Below are positions 17,241 to 24,903 of a stretch of DNA of 32,000 nt, piece by piece (position 1 is the stretch's first letter; the number at the start of each line of letters is the position of its first letter). A program made the translations under genes and the position numbers. This stretch comes from Vibrio alginolyticus NBRC 15630 = ATCC 17749. GTDB taxonomy: Bacteria; Pseudomonadota; Gammaproteobacteria; Enterobacterales; Vibrionaceae. The notes under the pieces were generated by a model. That model was not told the DNA's origin. It did not search any database and saw only the letters and a program-made list of their open reading frames with translations. Location: contig NC_022359.1 in NCBI RefSeq assembly GCF_000354175.2, forward strand, positions 1,530,001 to 1,562,000. The letters run 5' to 3'.

Positions 17241-18973
17241 AATGCAAATCCTCCACTGATTTTTTGATTGTCACTTTGCGCAATTTCGTCACGTGGCGGC
17301 ATGCTAGGGAAAATCCATGTGTCTGCCAGTTTAGGGTCGTGAATTTCATCTAACAACGGCGCACCTTGGAAGAAAGTTACTCGAACCCAACGATCCGAGC
17401 GCGGATCAAACTTAGTCGCGCCAAAGATCGCCAATTTACAGCGCAGTAAGTGCATTGGTAACGCATCTTTACGCAGCACATTCATTTGAATATCCCCCAT
17501 CGCACGGTTGCCTAGCGTCCATACGCGACGTGTGATCGAACGATAAGCCGGTTTTTGCAATAGAAACTCTGCTACGGACATTTCTACATCACAGTCAAGC
17601 AAGGCCTGGTACAAGCGATTCACTTGTCTGCCGATATCAAGCGGCAGTTCTTTTTCTTCTCCAGCCTCTTCCCCGCGAACACCAAGCCTTGGCTCTTCTT
17701 TATCTTGTGAGCGATACCAGAACCAGTAGTTGTTCTCGGCTAGTGAGTAATCCGCATCAATCGCCCAGCGGTACTTGCTTTGCAACACTTCCAGTAAATC
17801 TTGGATCTTTTTCCCGCCCGGAATAGATAACGTTTCATCCGTATTCATTTGGCTAGCAAATTCATCCACTAAAGATGGGTAGAGTTCGATCAAGCAAGAG
17901 GTGAGGATTTCTTGGGCCTCCACACTCATTGTTTTCTTATGCTCGACCAAACTCGCCCAATTCGGATGTGATGCCATTAACGTTGTTAGCTCTGATAGCA
18001 GTTGTTTGATGTCTGCTATCGCTTGATGATTGAGCCTGTCTTGATGTTCATTGATGGTGATGACTTGCTCTAAATGACGCTGTGCTTTTTGCAGCAATCC
18101 TTGCAAAGGAGCATGGAATGAAGCTTCACATGGCATCGCAAAGACTCGCGCTACCGCACGTTCGCGAGAGGTCATCCATTGGTCAACGATGCACGGGTGA
18201 TGAATCAAGTATGGAGCCATGCCTAAGCCAGTCGCATTGCCGACACCAAGGTAGCGCTGCAAGCCACGATGCAAAGCCACCGCCTTGTCGCCACCTTGTT
18301 GAAGTGCCAGATAGTGCACCCAATCTAGGCTGAATTCACGCAACATATATACGGCACACATTTGCGCACTAAAAGACTGGCTGAAATCTGAGTTGTTCTC
18401 TAACAGTTTGAAATCGGCGATACCAAACTTTCCGTTACCATAAACAGCTGTGGTACGCAGGATATAACCCACTTCCGCTAACTCTTTCGGCTCAGGCTGC
18501 TCGCCTTGAGAAAGCGCGCTAACAATGTGCTCAAACACGCGCACACTTTTGTTTGCGCGAGCAAGAACAAGTACGTTGTTTGGATTACGTCCCGCTTCTT
18601 GCAGCGGTACATTTTCTCGCAATCTTTCCAACAAAGTAACATCAACATCGCCTTGAAACAGTGCAAATGTGACGTCCCACTTTTCAGCAATTACGCGATC
18701 ATTACGCTCGTCGTCGGCAATTTCATCACAGAATACCACCAAATGATAAACGTGCTCTGGCGTGGTCAATTTGTAAATCACATGACCATAACCACGAGGA
18801 CAAAGCTGCCACTCATGCTTGGTTACTTGCCAGTTTTGGCTTGCCATATTACGAATCAGACTGCGAACAAAGCTGATTCGGTTTTGGTGCATTGCGCCAA
18901 GCCTTTCGGCTGCCATGACAATCGCTGCATCGCGCATAGTTGCTTCCGTATAAGTAGAACGATGTGCATCCAT
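17237..18973 (-). CDS. hypothetical protein, 578 aa (no family recognised)
   Basis: Long ORF. The ORF track starts at GTG 18985; ATG 18973 has AGGTGGT 7 nt upstream. It appears soluble, with no P-loop, Rossmann or Cys-cluster motif. Confidence 0.85.
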   Translation of the reverse strand: MDAHRSTYTEATMRDAAIVMAAERLGAMHQNRISFVRSLIRNMASQNWQVTKHEWQLCPRGYGHVIYKLTTPEHVYHLVVFCDEIADDERNDRVIAEKWDVTFALFQGDVDVTLLERLRENVPLQEAGRNPNNVLVLARANKSVRVFEHIVSALSQGEQPEPKELAEVGYILRTTAVYGNGKFGIADFKLLENNSDFSQSFSAQMCAVYMLREFSLDWVHYLALQQGGDKAVALHRGLQRYLGVGNATGLGMAPYLIHHPCIVDQWMTSRERAVARVFAMPCEASFHAPLQGLLQKAQRHLEQVITINEHQDRLNHQAIADIKQLLSELTTLMASHPNWASLVEHKKTMSVEAQEILTSCLIELYPSLVDEFASQMNTDETLSIPGGKKIQDLLEVLQSKYRWAIDADYSLAENNYWFWYRSQDKEEPRLGVRGEEAGEEKELPLDIGRQVNRLYQALLDCDVEMSVAEFLLQKPAYRSITRRVWTLGNRAMGDIQMNVLRKDALPMHLLRCKLAIFGATKFDPRSDRWVRVTFFQGAPLLDEIHDPKLADTWIFPSMPPRDEIAQSDNQKISGGFAL

Positions 18974-19074
18974 TTTGCTCACCACCTATTTGTTATTGTA
19001 AGAATACTAGGGTTTGTGCGGATGCAGGAGGAAAACACCCGCACAAGCTCCACGTTGTTTGAATTAGATAATTG

Positions 19075-20676
19075 TTATAGCCCTTGCTCTTTCGCCATTT
19101 TGATTGCGATTTGCGGCGCATTCCAAAGTGACGGTAACAGAATCAACGAAACCGGAACCGCGGTAATCACAATGAAAGATTGCAGTGCAGAGATGCCACC
19201 AGAGCCAAGAGAAATCAGGATCAATGCCGTCACACCCATCATTACTCCCCAGAAGGTACGGATGATCGCATTCGGCTCCGTTTCACCACTGATCACGACA
19301 CTGATTGTGTAGGTCATTGAGTCGCCCGTCGTGACGATGAAGATCGTGGTTAAAATCAGAAATAGAATTGAAGTCAGCATTGGCATTGGTAGTTGCTGAG
19401 TCACCGCAAGCAAAGCACCTGGCAGGTTAAAGCCTTCGAACGCCGCACTCACGCTACCCGGTTCAGCAATTTCAAACGCAAGACCTGAGCCGCCCACAAT
19501 CGTGAACCAAAAACAGGTGGTTAACGGAGCCACAATACTGATGGTGGAAATAACTTGGCGAATAGTTCGACCACGGGAAATACGCGCAATAAAGATTGCC
19601 ATCATCGGACCATAACCCAGGAACCAGCCCCAGAAAAATACTGTCCACCAACTTAGCCAACCTTCGTCACCGCGATAAGTCGCCATTGGGATAAAGTTAT
19701 CCAACATGCTTCCTACACCTTGAATGTATCCGTTAAAGATAAAATTCGTAGGGCCAAAAAACAGGATGTAAACCATCAATGCCATTGCCAGAATCACGTT
19801 GTAACGACTAAGCAGTTGCATGCCTCGGCTTAATCCACTGAGTGCTGACAAGGTGTAAAGAGCAATCGCAAACAAGATGATGATAAGCTGAGTGGTAAAG
19901 CCATCAGGAATATCAAACAGCGCATTTAACGCGTAGCTAACCTGCAAGCCTAGAAACCCAATTGGCCCGATGGTGCCTGCGGCTACCGCGATAATGCAGC
20001 ACGCGTCAATCAATGCACCGAGTTGGCCTTTAAGTGCTCGTTCGCCCAAGACTGGGTAAAGCAAAATACGGGGTTTTAGTGGTAAACCTTTGTCGTAATG
20101 CAGGTGCATCACCACGATCGAAGTTAAGCTACCTACAATCGCCCAAGCCAGAAAGCCCCAGTGCATAAAGGATTGCGACAACGCATTCACCGCACCTTGC
20201 TGCGGGTTATCTTGCGCGCCGTATAAAGGGGGTGGGCTAACATAGTGTGCGATAGGCTCAGCCGCGGCCCAGAAAACGCCACCACCAGCCAATAAGGTAC
20301 AGAAAATAATCGCCATCCAGCGGAAAGAATCCATTTCTGGTTTTGCAATCCCGCCCAACATCACCTTGCCTGTTCGCCCTGCAGCCAAGCCAAGACCAAT
20401 AAGAAAAGTGAGAAGCAGCAGTAACTGCCAGTATGGACCAAACACCTGAACTGCCCAGCTAAAACCGGCGTTAACGATCGTAGATAACAGCTCGCCGTCA
20501 TAAAGTGCAATAGCAACGAACAACGCGATGAAACCACCGCTATACCAAAAGGCCGGGTTATTCAGTCCTAATTTGTCCATCGTGTTTTCTGTTGTTGATG
20601 TGTTGTGTTTTACTTTTGACTTGCCCGATGACACGCTCATCGTGGAAGCTTTCATGCTATTGGTTAAATCAGACAT
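19075..20676 (-). CDS. BCCT family (betaine/carnitine/choline-type) transporter
   Basis: About 12 TM segments and the BCCT signature region WLSWWTVFFWGWFLGYGPMMAIFIARISRGRTIRQ. The start is uncertain: ATG 20676 has GGAG 8 nt upstream, the ORF track uses TTG 20709, and ATG 20580 is also possible. Confidence 0.9.
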   Translation of the reverse strand: MSDLTNSMKASTMSVSSGKSKVKHNTSTTENTMDKLGLNNPAFWYSGGFIALFVAIALYDGELLSTIVNAGFSWAVQVFGPYWQLLLLLTFLIGLGLAAGRTGKVMLGGIAKPEMDSFRWMAIIFCTLLAGGGVFWAAAEPIAHYVSPPPLYGAQDNPQQGAVNALSQSFMHWGFLAWAIVGSLTSIVVMHLHYDKGLPLKPRILLYPVLGERALKGQLGALIDACCIIAVAAGTIGPIGFLGLQVSYALNALFDIPDGFTTQLIIILFAIALYTLSALSGLSRGMQLLSRYNVILAMALMVYILFFGPTNFIFNGYIQGVGSMLDNFIPMATYRGDEGWLSWWTVFFWGWFLGYGPMMAIFIARISRGRTIRQVISTISIVAPLTTCFWFTIVGGSGLAFEIAEPGSVSAAFEGFNLPGALLAVTQQLPMPMLTSILFLILTTIFIVTTGDSMTYTISVVISGETEPNAIIRTFWGVMMGVTALILISLGSGGISALQSFIVITAVPVSLILLPSLWNAPQIAIKMAKEQGL

Positions 20677-20785
20677 ACTCTGGCTCCAGAGGTTCTTTGC
20701 AGCAGCCAAAGACTGGCTACAAATGTGAGTTTTACGCCTGCCGTATTGTTATTATGTGGGCAGGCGGTTCCTACTTTGGGGAATG

Positions 20786-21775
20786 CTATGAAATAGGCTC
20801 TAATCCTTCTTTAAGGAAGTTGAACCAGTTTTCACCCAATATTTTTCCAGCCTCAGATTCACTGAATCCGTGATCCATTAATCCGTTGTAGATGTTCTCC
20901 ATCCCTGCGCTGCCGCAGAACCATGGCAGCGCATCTGGCCATCCCGAGTTACTTGCTGAACCTTCGCCGTAATCCATCGCTTTTGACCAACGCCCGTTGC
21001 GCATCCACTCCAACACTTGTTGCGGCTGATTTAGGCACAAATCGCTACCGATACCTAAATGCTCAACGCCAAACATGTCTGCGGTTTTCGCAACCATCTG
21101 GCAGAAATCATCCAACGTGCACTGGCTGCCATTTGGCAAATGGAACGGATATAAACTGAATCCAATCAAACCACCGCGCTCCGTCAGTGCTTTGATCACG
21201 GTGTTAGACTTGTTGCGCAGTGCGTCATGCGCAAACGTCGGGTTAGCATGGCTGATACAAATTGGACGCGAAGAAAGATCGATGGCTTCCAACGTCGAAC
21301 GCTCTGCACTGTGGGACATATCAATGATCATCCCGACTCGGTTCATCTCTTCAATCGCTTGCTTACCAAAGCGAGTTACGCCGGAATCGTTTTGTTCGTA
21401 ACAACCTGTCGCCAGTAAGCTTTGGTTGTTGTAGGTCAGTTGCATGATCAGCAGACCTTGGCGGCGCATCACTTCAATCAGACCAATTTCATCATCGATA
21501 GGTGAGCAATTTTGCGCGCCGAAGAAGATGCCGACTTTGCCTTCTGCTTTGGCTTTTTCTACATCTGCCATTGAATAAATAGGCATGATGAGGTCCGCAT
21601 TTTGCTCGAAGCGCAAGTTCCATTCAGCAAAACGCGTTAAGGTTTCGCGCGCAGTTTCGTGGTAGACGATGGTGGCATGAACGGCGGTAATGCCACTCGC
21701 CTTAAGCGTTTGGAAATACTCTCGATCCCAATTGCAGTACTGCAATCCGTCAATCACAATCCGTTGTTGGTACAT
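20786..21775 (-). CDS. peptidase M19 (renal dipeptidase)-like protein with a degenerate metal site
   Basis: Collinear with my recollection of DPEP1: IIDMSHSA, CISHANP..LRN and LGIGSD are retained, but VIDGHND reads VIDGLQY. The ORF track starts at GTG 21781. ATG 21775 has AAGGAG 5 nt upstream. Confidence 0.88.
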   Translation of the reverse strand: MYQQRIVIDGLQYCNWDREYFQTLKASGITAVHATIVYHETARETLTRFAEWNLRFEQNADLIMPIYSMADVEKAKAEGKVGIFFGAQNCSPIDDEIGLIEVMRRQGLLIMQLTYNNQSLLATGCYEQNDSGVTRFGKQAIEEMNRVGMIIDMSHSAERSTLEAIDLSSRPICISHANPTFAHDALRNKSNTVIKALTERGGLIGFSLYPFHLPNGSQCTLDDFCQMVAKTADMFGVEHLGIGSDLCLNQPQQVLEWMRNGRWSKAMDYGEGSASNSGWPDALPWFCGSAGMENIYNGLMDHGFSESEAGKILGENWFNFLKEGLEPIS

Positions 21776-21844
21776 AACCACTCCTTAAACAATTTCTTAG
21801 CCTTTCAGTGCGGGTAACTGACACCATCAGCTACCCTGCTGTTC

Positions 21845-23305
21845 TTAGTAAGGGCGCTGATAAGCGGTTTTCACCACGGTGTAGAACTCTTTGGCGTACT
21901 GCCCTTGCTCACGAGGGCCAAAGCTAGATTCTTTACGGCCACCAAATGGGACGTGATAATCTGTACCCGCAGTTGGCAAGTTAACCATGACGCAGCCCGT
22001 TTGGACTTGCTGTTTGAAGATCGCGCTATTGCGCAGACTTTGCGTGATAATGCCGCCTGTCAGGCCAAAGCGCGTATCGTTCGCGACTGCAATTGCCTCA
22101 TCCAGATCAGAAACGCGAATCACGCTTGCCATTGGTGCAAAGACTTCTTCTTGGTTCACTTCCCAGCTGTTTTGTGTGTTCAAGAACAGGGTTGGTGACA
22201 TATAGTAACCGTCATGCTCTAGGCTCAGACGCTCACCACCGAAAGCCAGCTCCGCGCCTGCTTGGCGTGCGTTTTCGATCCACTCAAAGTTCGCATTCAG
22301 CTGGTTACCATCAACAACAGGGCCCATGAATACGCCCTCTTCTAGAGCGTGACCCACTTTAAGTTCGCTCATGCGTTTGATTAGCGCTTCAACATACGCG
22401 TCGTGAATTCCGTCCATAACCACAAGACGAGAAGACGCGGTGCACTTTTGACCCGCACCCGAGAATGAGCCTGCGATTGTCGCTTCGACAGCAATTTGAA
22501 TATCTGCATCATCTGCCACTACGAGCGCGTTTTTGCTGCCCATCTCTAGCTGACAACGTACAAAGTTTGGTGCCGTAGCCGCTGCAACTTTACGGCCTGT
22601 GTCCACAGAACCAGTGAAGCTCACGCCGTTCACATCCTTCGAATTGATAAGGGTATTACCGACTTGCGAACCGCTACCCAAAACGAGGTTAAACGTGCCA
22701 GCAGGTAAACCTTGGCGATGGATAATCTCTGTCAGCGCAACGGCACTTGCTGGGGTTAGGTTGGCAGGCTTCCAGACGACGCTGTTGCCAAACGCAAGTG
22801 CTGGCGCGATTTTCCAAGCCGCTGTTGCTGTTGGGAAGTTCCAAGGAGAGATAATGGCGATAACGCCGACGGCTTCGCGAGTAACTTCAACGGAGACACC
22901 TGGACGGACGGAAGCAGCGCTATCGCCAATTTGACGCAGAACCTCAGCAGCAAAGTATTGGAAGAATTGGCCAGCACGGTAAATCTCACCTCGACCTTCA
23001 GAAAATGGCTTACCTTCTTCACGCGAAAGCAAGGTGCCCAATTCGTCACATCGTGCAATGAGCTCATCACCAATCGCTTGTAGCACTGCTTGCTTGCGCT
23101 CGATTGGTGTTTTTTCCCACTCTGGCTGCGCTGATTTAGCCGCTTGAATCGCTTGCTCTACTTGCGACACACTCGCTTGTGCGAAATCGCCAATGTTTTC
23201 GCTGATATCAGAAGGGTTAATATTGGCGATGGTGTCCATGCCCGATTGCCACTCACCCGCTATATAGAGGGATTTTTCTGCTTGAACATTGTTAATAAAA
23301 GTCAT
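21845..23305 (-). CDS. NAD(P)-dependent aldehyde dehydrogenase
   Basis: ALDH superfamily with general-base Glu motif LEMGSKNA and catalytic Cys motif GQKCTASSR. The ORF track starts at 23353. ATG 23305 (MTFINNV) has AAGGAAAG upstream. Confidence 0.92.
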   Translation of the reverse strand: MTFINNVQAEKSLYIAGEWQSGMDTIANINPSDISENIGDFAQASVSQVEQAIQAAKSAQPEWEKTPIERKQAVLQAIGDELIARCDELGTLLSREEGKPFSEGRGEIYRAGQFFQYFAAEVLRQIGDSAASVRPGVSVEVTREAVGVIAIISPWNFPTATAAWKIAPALAFGNSVVWKPANLTPASAVALTEIIHRQGLPAGTFNLVLGSGSQVGNTLINSKDVNGVSFTGSVDTGRKVAAATAPNFVRCQLEMGSKNALVVADDADIQIAVEATIAGSFSGAGQKCTASSRLVVMDGIHDAYVEALIKRMSELKVGHALEEGVFMGPVVDGNQLNANFEWIENARQAGAELAFGGERLSLEHDGYYMSPTLFLNTQNSWEVNQEEVFAPMASVIRVSDLDEAIAVANDTRFGLTGGIITQSLRNSAIFKQQVQTGCVMVNLPTAGTDYHVPFGGRKESSFGPREQGQYAKEFYTVVKTAYQRPY

Positions 23306-23378
23306 GGTTCTTTCCTTGTTCTTCCGATTTGTGATGGCAAGCCACTCACTCACTGATCTCTAATTATTCTCGTTGGAT

Positions 23379-23777
23379 TTATTCTGGTTGGCTTGCCGAC
23401 GCGTAGACAACAAACTCCACCAACATCTCTTCTCGCGCTAACCCTGCAACCACCATGGCGGCGCGATTTGGGTACGGCGCTTCAAAATATTCCGCGTACA
23501 CTTGGTTAACGGTCTTTAAGTATTCTCTGTCAGTCACATAAATCAGGACCTGCAACACCGAGTCCAAAGACTCCCCTGCACACTCCAGGGTGTGAATGAG
23601 ATTGTTAAAGGTTTGACGTGTTTGTGCTTCGATACCGCCTTCCACAACCGCGCCTGTGTCATCAATAGGAATTTGAGCCGTATACAGGGTTCCGTTGTTG
23701 ACTATCGCCCATTCAAGCGGCGCTTTAGAAGCAAATAGACTGGTTTTAACTGGGTGTTTTTTAGTAGGAGTATTCAC
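23379..23777 (-). CDS. RidA/YjgF/TdcF family (enamine/imine deaminase-like) protein
   Basis: 132 aa with a GTG start. YjgF-fold sequence (GTLYTAQIPID..G.VVEGGIEAQTRQTFNNL) retaining the Arg of the PxR motif (YPNRAAMVV). Confidence 0.85.
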   Translation of the reverse strand: MNTPTKKHPVKTSLFASKAPLEWAIVNNGTLYTAQIPIDDTGAVVEGGIEAQTRQTFNNLIHTLECAGESLDSVLQVLIYVTDREYLKTVNQVYAEYFEAPYPNRAAMVVAGLAREEMLVEFVVYASASQPE

Positions 23778-23868
23778 GTGCCTTTCAACCTTTGTAACAG
23801 CTTTGTTTCAATATGGTTAAATGATGCACATTGACAAGCGATAAATCTAACGGTAAATTTTTGACATT

Positions 23869-23887
23869 TGATAAATTAAACTTATCA
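23869..23887. promoter_or_regulatory. dyad TGATAA-N7-TTATCA, candidate LysR binding site
   Basis: Perfect 6+6 inverted repeat in the 155-bp divergent region between RidA and LysR. GATAAAT recurs 30 bp away (23840-23846 and 23870-23876). TTGACA-17 nt-TAAATT (23831-23859) could be the LysR gene promoter. Confidence 0.4.
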
Positions 23888-23932
23888 CTCTGTTTAAAAT
23901 AACGTAAATAAAGGGATTAAGAGGCATTAGGG

Positions 23933-24823
23933 ATGAGTATTAAGCTTCAACAATTAATGCATTTTGTGATGGTAGTCGAGGAAGGAGGCTTTCGAGCCGC
24001 TTCACATCGTGCAAATCGTTCTCAGGCGGCACTGTCAACATCGATAAAAGAGCTTGAAAAAATTCTAGGGCAAACGCTGTTTGAACCCGGAAACAAAACC
24101 AAATTGACCCCGTTTGGTGAAATTTGTCTTCCCAAAGTGGTTCAGTTTCTCAATATCTACAGTGCACTAGACAACGATCTCAAAGCAGCCGCTGCCGGAC
24201 AGCAAGGGAGAGTGCGAATTGCGAGCGTTCCTTCTGTTGCAGCAAAGCTCATTCCTAGCGTGTTGGGCGCCTTTTGCGAACAGTATCCAAATGTAGAAGT
24301 AAGCTTGATAGACGATAATGCCGCTGGTGTCGAGGCTCGCCTACTCTCCGGTGAGGTCGACTTAGCGCTCGGTAACCCCTCTCACCTCGATGAGGGCGGC
24401 ATTGACTTTACGCCGCTGTTAGCTGATCCAATAGGCGTGGTGTGTTTAAAGGACAACCCTATTGCGAGTCATCCAGAAGGAGTCGAGTGGCAAACTTTGT
24501 TGGAACAACCCTTTATCCGTAACGGCACTTGTACACTTCTCGATCCAACCCCAGCAAGAGCTCTGAGTCAGCAAGCGCTCTATTCGGTCGAAAATATTAC
24601 TTCGCTGTTTTCTGTCTTAGAACTTGGGATTGGTGTCACGACCCTACCGAAGCTTGCTTTCCCAACCAATGAAACACGCTTGGTTTGGATTCCGCTTATC
24701 GATCCACCACTTGAAAGGCAAATTGGTATATTTACGTTAACCGATCGCACGATCTCGCCTCAAGCTAAAGCATTTCACGATCTTTGTGTGCATTATTTAA
24801 ACTATCAAAAAGAAGATAAATAA
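23933..24823 (+). CDS. LysR-family transcriptional regulator, divergent from the BCCT operon
   Basis: wHTH motif FRAASHRANRSQAALSTSIKELEKILG followed by a LysR effector-binding domain. Confidence 0.9.
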   Translation: MSIKLQQLMHFVMVVEEGGFRAASHRANRSQAALSTSIKELEKILGQTLFEPGNKTKLTPFGEICLPKVVQFLNIYSALDNDLKAAAAGQQGRVRIASVPSVAAKLIPSVLGAFCEQYPNVEVSLIDDNAAGVEARLLSGEVDLALGNPSHLDEGGIDFTPLLADPIGVVCLKDNPIASHPEGVEWQTLLEQPFIRNGTCTLLDPTPARALSQQALYSVENITSLFSVLELGIGVTTLPKLAFPTNETRLVWIPLIDPPLERQIGIFTLTDRTISPQAKAFHDLCVHYLNYQKEDK

Positions 24824-24849
24824 TGGTTCGATTAACATGCGGATAATTA

Positions 24850-24890
24850 AAAGCCTCCATATTCAGAGTGGAGGCTAATTTGTATTTGTG
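24850..24890. terminator. bidirectional intrinsic terminator between LysR and flavin oxidoreductase genes
   Basis: GCCTCCA (24853-24859) pairs with TGGAGGC (24869-24875), flanked by TTAAAA upstream and TAATTTGTATTTGTG downstream. Confidence 0.7.
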
Positions 24891-24903
24891 TATTCGCTTC
24901 GTT

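Noticed and set aside
18506-19312. 268-aa plus-strand ORF spanning the end of the BCCT gene and the start of the 578-aa gene. Many similar ORFs occur, for example 11710-12078, 22599-22934, 21075-21401 and 4079-4372.
   Set aside because: These lie antisense to, or out of frame within, long ORFs that have clear family identity. Their products are low-complexity, Cys/Arg/Ser-rich sequences with no RBS. They are shadow ORFs.
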